From assembly GCA_963713605.1 (NCBI GenBank), contig CAVQMO010000003.1:224001-288000 (forward strand): a stretch of DNA of 64,000 bases, in the 5' to 3' direction. Below are positions 57,796-64,000 of the stretch, one piece after another (positions within the stretch are counted from its first letter, which is position 1; each line of letters opens with the position of its first letter). This DNA is from an uncultured Nitrososphaerales archaeon (lineage in GTDB: Archaea > Thermoproteota > Nitrososphaeria > Nitrososphaerales > Nitrososphaeraceae). The notes beneath the pieces are model-generated. The model was not told the DNA's origin, ran no database searches, and was given only the letters and a program-made list of their open reading frames with translations. A program made the translations under genes and the position numbers.

Positions 57796-58135
57796 AGCAT
57801 GAGTATATTACTATGATGCTATTATAGTATTGTTTTGGCTATACGCTGTATGAATTGATATGGAAATTACTACTACTTCTTAGGATCCTGTTTTATCCTT
57901 CTTGTGATGTATTGTAATCCTTCTCCTGTAGGGTGAAACTTTTTTAGTTCAGTAAATTCAATTCATAGTCTCTGACTTTCATATGGTTACTGGAGATTTA
58001 ATGTGAATTTGGTCCATTCATTATTTGAAAGTTATTTTCCTAGTCCAGGTATTTTACTTATTTTACGTCTCGTCACTAGGGAATAACAGAACCATATTTC
58101 TGCAGGCATAAATGATAAACACGCATCTTTCAGTA

Positions 58136-58600
58136 TCACTCTTCTACTGCCTCATCCCCTTCACCAGATCCACCACCGGTTTCACTTTCTTCTTCGAAAC
58201 CTCCGTCAGATTCAGTTGTCTCATCAGAACCACTCCCTGATTCACTCCCCTCCTCAGATCCTCCACCGGGCTCACTTCCTTCTTCCTCACTCGTTCCAAT
58301 ATCTACGGTCTGATTCGTTACTGTAACGGTATCACTTGATATAATGACGTTAACTCCTTCCGGTGGAAATCCGTTTAGGTCTGTATCTGTTGCACCCTCG
58401 GTACTAATAGTTGAAGTTCCATTGGCAGGAAGTGGTTCTGCAGGATCTATTGAAATATCTATTTCTCCAGTTAAATTCCCGGATGGAGTGTCCATCGTAA
58501 GAGGTTGTGCCGATACCTGTGTAGTACTTAAAATAATTAACCCTAGTCCTGCGCCTAAAGCAAGTTCTAAGACTGTTTTTTTTCATATATTTATGATGGT
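58136..58600 (-). CDS. Secreted acidic Gly/Ser/Glu-rich protein, 5' frameshift
   Basis: Acidic low-complexity tail; hydrophobic segment upstream. Confidence 0.5.
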
Positions 58601-58780
58601 TTTCTATGATTTGAGTCCGACTAGTCAAATTTCACTGACCTTGTGCGCGCAAAAACAGACCTCTCCTATAATCCAACTTGAAAATATGTAATTCCAGATG
58701 ATCTAATAACGAAATGGCCATACTTGGCTCTTCGGCTTATGCATCTGAAGAATCTCCATATGATTCAGGGTAACGTGTAG

Positions 58781-58816
58781 AATCCAATCCAATCCAATCC
58801 ACTCCAACCCAATCCA
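58781..58816. repeat. (AATCC)n microsatellite
   Basis: AATCC x4 followed by degenerate copies. Confidence 0.8.
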
Positions 58817-59067
58817 AGACGATGGTTGCTATGAATAAAGAAGAGCGTGGGCAGGACAACACGTCACCCCTTTACAACAATTTTTGGTTCAAGGACGGTC
58901 TTCTTGCCAGATATATAGAATGAGCTATTAACTAGAACGACAAAGATCATTACGAAGGTAGAAGAAGTTCACAATAGCGAACAGAATCCTAAGAGAGAGA
59001 ATATTTTGACTAAATCTCACAGTAAGATTATACTCGAAATATTCAGAATCCCACTCCATACATAAAT

Positions 59068-59813
59068 ATGTTCATGGCACAAAAAGAATAGAATACTTAG
59101 TATTTAGAACCAGAAGAAGGAAAACGAGTGAAATCGTTGATGATTCTGATGAAATTGTTGTCAGGGTGCCATATTCTAAGCCACTTTCGGAAATAGAAGT
59201 ACTGATAAAAGAAAAAATTAGTTGGATTCTAAGGAAACAAAAAGACTTGTTAGAGAACGAGAAAAATATTGAAATATCAAAACCAGGCTTTACAAAGGAA
59301 TCGACTTTACCATATTTAGGAAAGAACCGCAATATTGATATCAAAGTATTGGATTTGCAAAAAGAAAAGTCAACAGAGGGAAAAAAAAATTCAATAGTAT
59401 ATAAAAATGGACGTTTTCTGTTTACTATTCACGCCTATACTGATAGTAGCCAAAATTATAATAAAGTTAAAAAGACATTGCATGATGATTGGCTTTACCA
59501 TAAAGCCGAAATTATTTTTAAAGAAAAAACTGAGATTTTGAGTAAGACATTAGATGTAAAACCAAATAGAATTGTTATAAAAAATCTAAAGAACAGATGG
59601 GGGAGTATAACTAAAAATAATAATATTAATCTAAACATAAACTTGATTAAGGCACCTCCACGTGTTATTGATTACATAATATTTCATGAATTGTGTCACT
59701 TCAAGATTATAGGACATTCCTTTCGTTTCTGGAATTTGTTAAAACGATATTTTCCAGATTATCCAAAATATGTCGATTGGCTAAACATAAATGGAAAGAA
59801 TTTGCTCGACTGA
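59068..59813 (+). CDS. M48/SprT-like (YgjP/DUF45) zinc metallopeptidase
   Basis: KNRWGS, LN..LIKAP..VIDYII.HELCH, HS.RFW. Confidence 0.9.
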
Positions 59814-59857
59814 ATAATGCTGAAGTGAATTACATCAATAGTATTTCCTACTAACAT

Positions 59858-60622
59858 TATGATCCGTCTATTCTCATTTGGTTTGGATCCAAAATGGGAC
59901 CATTTCATAGTCAGGTAATTAAATCGGCTATCTGCAAGATTATCCGCATATTCAGGGATGACAAAGTCATGTCCAAGTATTATCCAATAGTCATTTCTTA
60001 TGCCGGTTCTGTTGGATTATCGAAATACTTTATTGAGATAGCATACCAATTGGCACAGACACAAAGTTATAACAGCTTTGTATTTTCCTAAACCGCCTAA
60101 AGTATGGCAGAATACTGTTACATCGGGAGCAGTTCTATTAACCCCTAATTATGAGTATGATTATTATGTTGATTATTCAAAATATATTAATCAATTAGGA
60201 CCTATTGTACATGATTTAAATCAGAAATACAGTGGACAAGTAGGGAGCTACATTTGAAGTTACAGTGAGTACACAAATAGATGGCAACGACACTAGGCTA
60301 TGCAATATAACTGTTGAGGGTGAAGTTACATGATGGAATAGATATCAAATGCATTGGGAGCGCTTCTGGCTATGGAGCAAAAGCATTGACTCAAAAATGG
60401 AATAAGGATATATCTATGAAAGAAACTGCTTAGCTTAGGATTTACTATATTGAATACCATAGGCGATGGGCTAGACAGAGGCACAGGATTTGGTAATCAA
60501 GATTCTCAAATATGGTTCATTCCAAAAAATGGTCAAATATGCTAATGATGAGATGAAAGCAGAATTGAGACAGAACGCAAAAGATAGAATGACGGAATAT
60601 AAGAAAATAATGATGACATAGT
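59858..60622 (+). pseudogene. Decayed proteasome-subunit-like (Ntn hydrolase) gene
   Basis: Fragments VISYAGSVGL, CIGSASGYGA and WNKDISMKETA in broken frames. Confidence 0.4.
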
Positions 60623-60796
60623 AATCATCGATTGCTCAACTACCTTCAATTTTGGAATTGCAATCCCCAATTTGTGGGGTAATTCTGAAATGTCATCTTA
60701 CATATTGATTTTTAATTTATACACATGAAATTGAATTAGTCTGTATTTTCTCGAATAAATGCTACTAGCAACTGATGACACCAAGAATTGACTTCT

Positions 60797-61511
60797 TTAG
60801 CATGCTTTTGTACTTGTGTGAGAGATGGCAGGATTTAATATGTTAACCCTTCCATGTGTTCCCTCTGATCTCTCTCTATAAAAACAATCAAATTTTGTAT
60901 TGAAATTATCTTCTGTTTCTCTGACTATTGGCTTCAATACTTTTTTCAGATGATAAGTGGTTATTTTATGAACTGGATTAGTAATATGATTCTTATCTCT
61001 GGCTATAACTGAGATGGAGCTAAATAAACTCTCGATTGTCTGATACGGATTAATAGAAGATACTGCGATTCGATAGTGAGCGTAACGCACTGCTAAAATG
61101 GGTCGTTTGTTACCAGATCGAATTTGCTCCATATCTGAGATTAATTCTGTTACATCTCCGACATGTCGCCATAATTCCAAATCCTTATGAACTAATGCCG
61201 ATTCCTATTTCTACAGGTTCAGAAGGTCTTCCTCCTTGGTTCGACTTTTTGATTCTTATATCCTCTTCTTTAAATGATAGCCTTAGCCCAGAAATAAAAT
61301 AAAGACCGGACAAAGCCTCGTCGATCATTACCGTAGCCTTGTCCAGGAGATAATGATAATGATCACCTTCCATTAAAGTAGTTGCGAACAGTTGTTTTTC
61401 ATTTAAGTATATATCCTCGTGCATATGAAATAGGACCTCAAAAAGATAAATTGATTCGAGATCAGAAGGAACATTTCCTAATAAAGGTAGAGAGATATTC
61501 CAATAAGGCAT
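60797..61511 (-). CDS. HEPN-domain protein (ApeA/MauJ-like architecture), frameshifted near 61182
   Basis: C-terminal FYRERSEGTHG (Rx4H) preceded by a helix with LFSSIS; N-terminal alpha/beta region. Confidence 0.55.
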
Positions 61512-62267
61512 GCAGATTTTCGTGTATACTCAAATGTTAAACTTTTCATCAGTTGGTTGATCAACTTGAAATTCTTAAATGATCTATCTTGAGTTTATAC
61601 TGGTACTTGACAGACTATATTACAATATGGAATGTCATTAGATCTCGAATATGCCTAGGTCCTGAAAGCAAATTTCTTCTAAGGATTTATACAGTATCGT
61701 GACCTGGGACATTAGTTATGTTTAAACTTTCAAGACTAATAACAATTGGTTACTTTAAGGAATGAAGTGCGTAAATTTAGGTGAGTGTAGGCAATTTAGA
61801 AAATTGGTTCTAGTTTGTGGAGGTTAGCGTAGTTATTACTATCATGCATCTATAGTCATAGTTATGACTCTAATCAATCTAGCAAATTTCAACACTAAGC
61901 GCTAGTTCCAAGATTAGTAAGAGTAATGTTGTAATGATATAGGCACATATATTTTTCTGCATCTACCATTTCGTGTAATAGCACTTCTATGAAGAACATT
62001 AAATTTCCGACATGATGATACTTTGGCGCTCTTCGTTCTTTTGACAAATCTCCTGAGATTTCATCCTTCTATCTGCTTCGACTAGCGCTCTAACAATGAT
62101 TCAGAATGTAAATGGTGCTATTTTCTTGAATGCTTTAATATAAGCACGATAATTGTTACAATACTATCAACTAAGCTGATGTAGATTAGGTTTCACGAAG
62201 CATCATATCTTTATACTGACTATGTGTCTTCCGCATTGGAAGACAAACGTAAATCAAATTTACAACG

Positions 62268-62295
62268 TTTCATATATTGTAAACCAAATGGTTTA
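62268..62295. repeat. 28-bp direct repeat, copy 2, in the promoter of the SufR-like regulator
   Basis: Identical to 50914..50941. Confidence 0.9.
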
Positions 62296-62331
62296 TGAAT
62301 TAGTGTTACTATCTTTATATGTGTACAAATA

Positions 62332-63006
62332 ATGTCTATCAAACGTAATTTAGGAAGTATTGTAGATGGATTTAGCGAACCAAAGAAAAAATTGTTGTAT
62401 TATCTTAAAGTTATGCGCCAAGCAGGGCTAGAGGATCTGGCTGCAGTGATGAAGATTTCAAGAATGGCAGTCCACAAGCATCTTTCATCCCTACAACAAA
62501 GGGGTCTAGTAGAAGTAGTTGAAAATAGAGGACGTGTGGGCAGACCAAAAATGATTTACCAGCTGACAAGTCAAAGTAAGACAGTTTTTCCAAAATCATA
62601 TAGCGCAATAGCAACACAAGCACTCGATTTCATCGAGAGAAATATGGGTAAGAAAGGCGTTGAAAAGGTTCTGCGAGAGCGTCAGAGTGAACTCTTCGAG
62701 CAATACTTTAAGCGCCTTAAAGATATGGATTTTGACAGACAAGTTAAGGAGTTAGCAAGAATTCGAGATGAGGAAGGGTACATGGCTGAATCAAAGAAAG
62801 AGTCAAAGGGTGGCAAGAAGCACGTCTTGTTAGAGTATAATTGTCCGATTATACACATCGCCGAGAAGCATTGGGAGGCATGCTCAATCGAGACTGAATT
62901 ATTTGAAAAGCTTCTTAGTGCAGATATCGAGACAACTCATAGAGCCGCCAAGGGCGATGCAGTATGCAAGTTTATGATAAAAGAAAGAAAAGAGGGTTAT
63001 CTATAG
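62332..63006 (+). CDS. SufR-like HTH transcriptional regulator
   Basis: N-terminal wHTH (AVHKHL..L...GLV, GRP...Y.LT); EYNCPI, ACSIE..LF and CKF give three Cys as in SufR. Confidence 0.8.
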   Translation: MSIKRNLGSIVDGFSEPKKKLLYYLKVMRQAGLEDLAAVMKISRMAVHKHLSSLQQRGLVEVVENRGRVGRPKMIYQLTSQSKTVFPKSYSAIATQALDFIERNMGKKGVEKVLRERQSELFEQYFKRLKDMDFDRQVKELARIRDEEGYMAESKKESKGGKKHVLLEYNCPIIHIAEKHWEACSIETELFEKLLSADIETTHRAAKGDAVCKFMIKERKEGYL

Positions 63007-63125
63007 AACTTTCAGGAGATAAAACTAAAATTGATACATCTTGAATATGTGCGCCCTCAAACTATTATTTTGTATAATTTGTAAACCAGTCTATTTATAA
63101 ATAGGCAATTCCAAGTATATATGCT

Positions 63126-63839
63126 GTGATTAGTATCACTAAACCTAAGATTCAAACTTTAAAACTAGGTCAAAATGACAATTCTGCTAAAATGCATCAA
63201 GGGAATGTCGCAAATATTCTAGGTATAGCCGGCAGTATGCGAAAAGGTTCTTTCAGTACACATGCTCTAAAATTGGTGCTAGAGGAGGCGAACAGATATG
63301 GATCTGATTCCCGAGTGCTCGAAATGCGTGAAGTAAGGTTGCCCATATACGATCCAAGCAGCTCTGTGTCAGAAGAATTGTATCAAGATGTTAATGGTAA
63401 CCGCGAAAATATTCTAGAGGCAGTTACAGAGGCCATTAAATGGGCCGATGCTTTTGTCTTGGCTTCTCCAGATTATCATGGTTCTATGTCTGGTGCAATG
63501 AAAAACTTTCTCGATTATTTCTGGGAAGAATTTGCAGGGAAAACCTTTGGGTATATTATAGCATCTCATGAAAAAGGATTAACCGTTGCAGATCAAATGC
63601 GTACATCAGTTCGTCAATGTTATGGGTGGAGTATGCCATATAATATATCGATTAATGGTGCAAATGACTTTAATTCCTCAGGAAATCCAATTAATTCTAC
63701 ATTAGCTAACAGAATAAAGATGCTTGCGCGTGACTTAGTGACATATGGAACTCTAATTAGAAATCAATTTTTGCAGGATGTAATGGACAAAGAAGTATCA
63801 GATAGCTACGCTTCTCATTATCGGGAATATTATAACTAG
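63126..63839 (+). CDS. NADPH-dependent FMN reductase
   Basis: GSMRKGS, ADAFVLASPDYHGSMSGAMKNFLD. Confidence 0.9.
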   Translation: MISITKPKIQTLKLGQNDNSAKMHQGNVANILGIAGSMRKGSFSTHALKLVLEEANRYGSDSRVLEMREVRLPIYDPSSSVSEELYQDVNGNRENILEAVTEAIKWADAFVLASPDYHGSMSGAMKNFLDYFWEEFAGKTFGYIIASHEKGLTVADQMRTSVRQCYGWSMPYNISINGANDFNSSGNPINSTLANRIKMLARDLVTYGTLIRNQFLQDVMDKEVSDSYASHYREYYN

Positions 63840-63859
63840 CTTTTTCCAATTTTTCAATA

Positions 63860-64000
63860 AGGCATATCCTTACCAATCATCCTTCAAGATGCTTTGACTA
63901 TGTTAGCTGCGAGAAATACATCAATACCTGCACCCGAATCCCTTCCTTAATAAAAGCAAACTTTCGGTGTACCACATCCTGCTCCAAGCATAGATGCTTC
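63860..64000 (-). pseudogene. ArsM-like SAM methyltransferase remnant at the window edge
   Basis: SMLGAGCGTP..FIKEG followed out of frame by SGAGIDVFLAANIV; the VxDLG segment is deleted. Confidence 0.6.

Overview
AT-rich archaeal DNA. Gene families and style point to a soil ammonia-oxidising archaeon of the Nitrososphaeraceae (inferred from gene content, no marker gene in the window). It is an accessory region with many small secreted proteins, gene remnants and single-base frameshifts, which may be long-read indel errors. The main feature is a minus-strand operon at 4494-11149: RadA, then an RPA-like ssDNA-binding protein, an inactivated RadA paralogue, an arCOG07300-like helical protein, PolB2 and a second small helical protein. 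The RPA-like protein appears to carry an Argonaute-type L1+PAZ module inserted into its zinc-finger OB fold, with no MID/PIWI in the window. A second system is a family of six secreted two-cysteine peptides (CGN...CQN/CSN...QGDxN) in two inverted clusters, five of them preceded by the same palindrome about 57-62 bp upstream of the ATG. Also present: a decayed D5/P4 primase-helicase with origin-like repeats, and a 28-bp direct repeat flanking 11 kb that holds integrase, RHH, M48 and HEPN genes or remnants. Ordinary genes include Tag glycosylase, UspA, a CPA2 antiporter, an ABC-2 exporter, adenine deaminase, an LpxD-like protein, a SufR-like regulator and FMN reductase. No rRNA, tRNA or CRISPR array was seen. 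All family calls are by eye from motifs; no searches were run.
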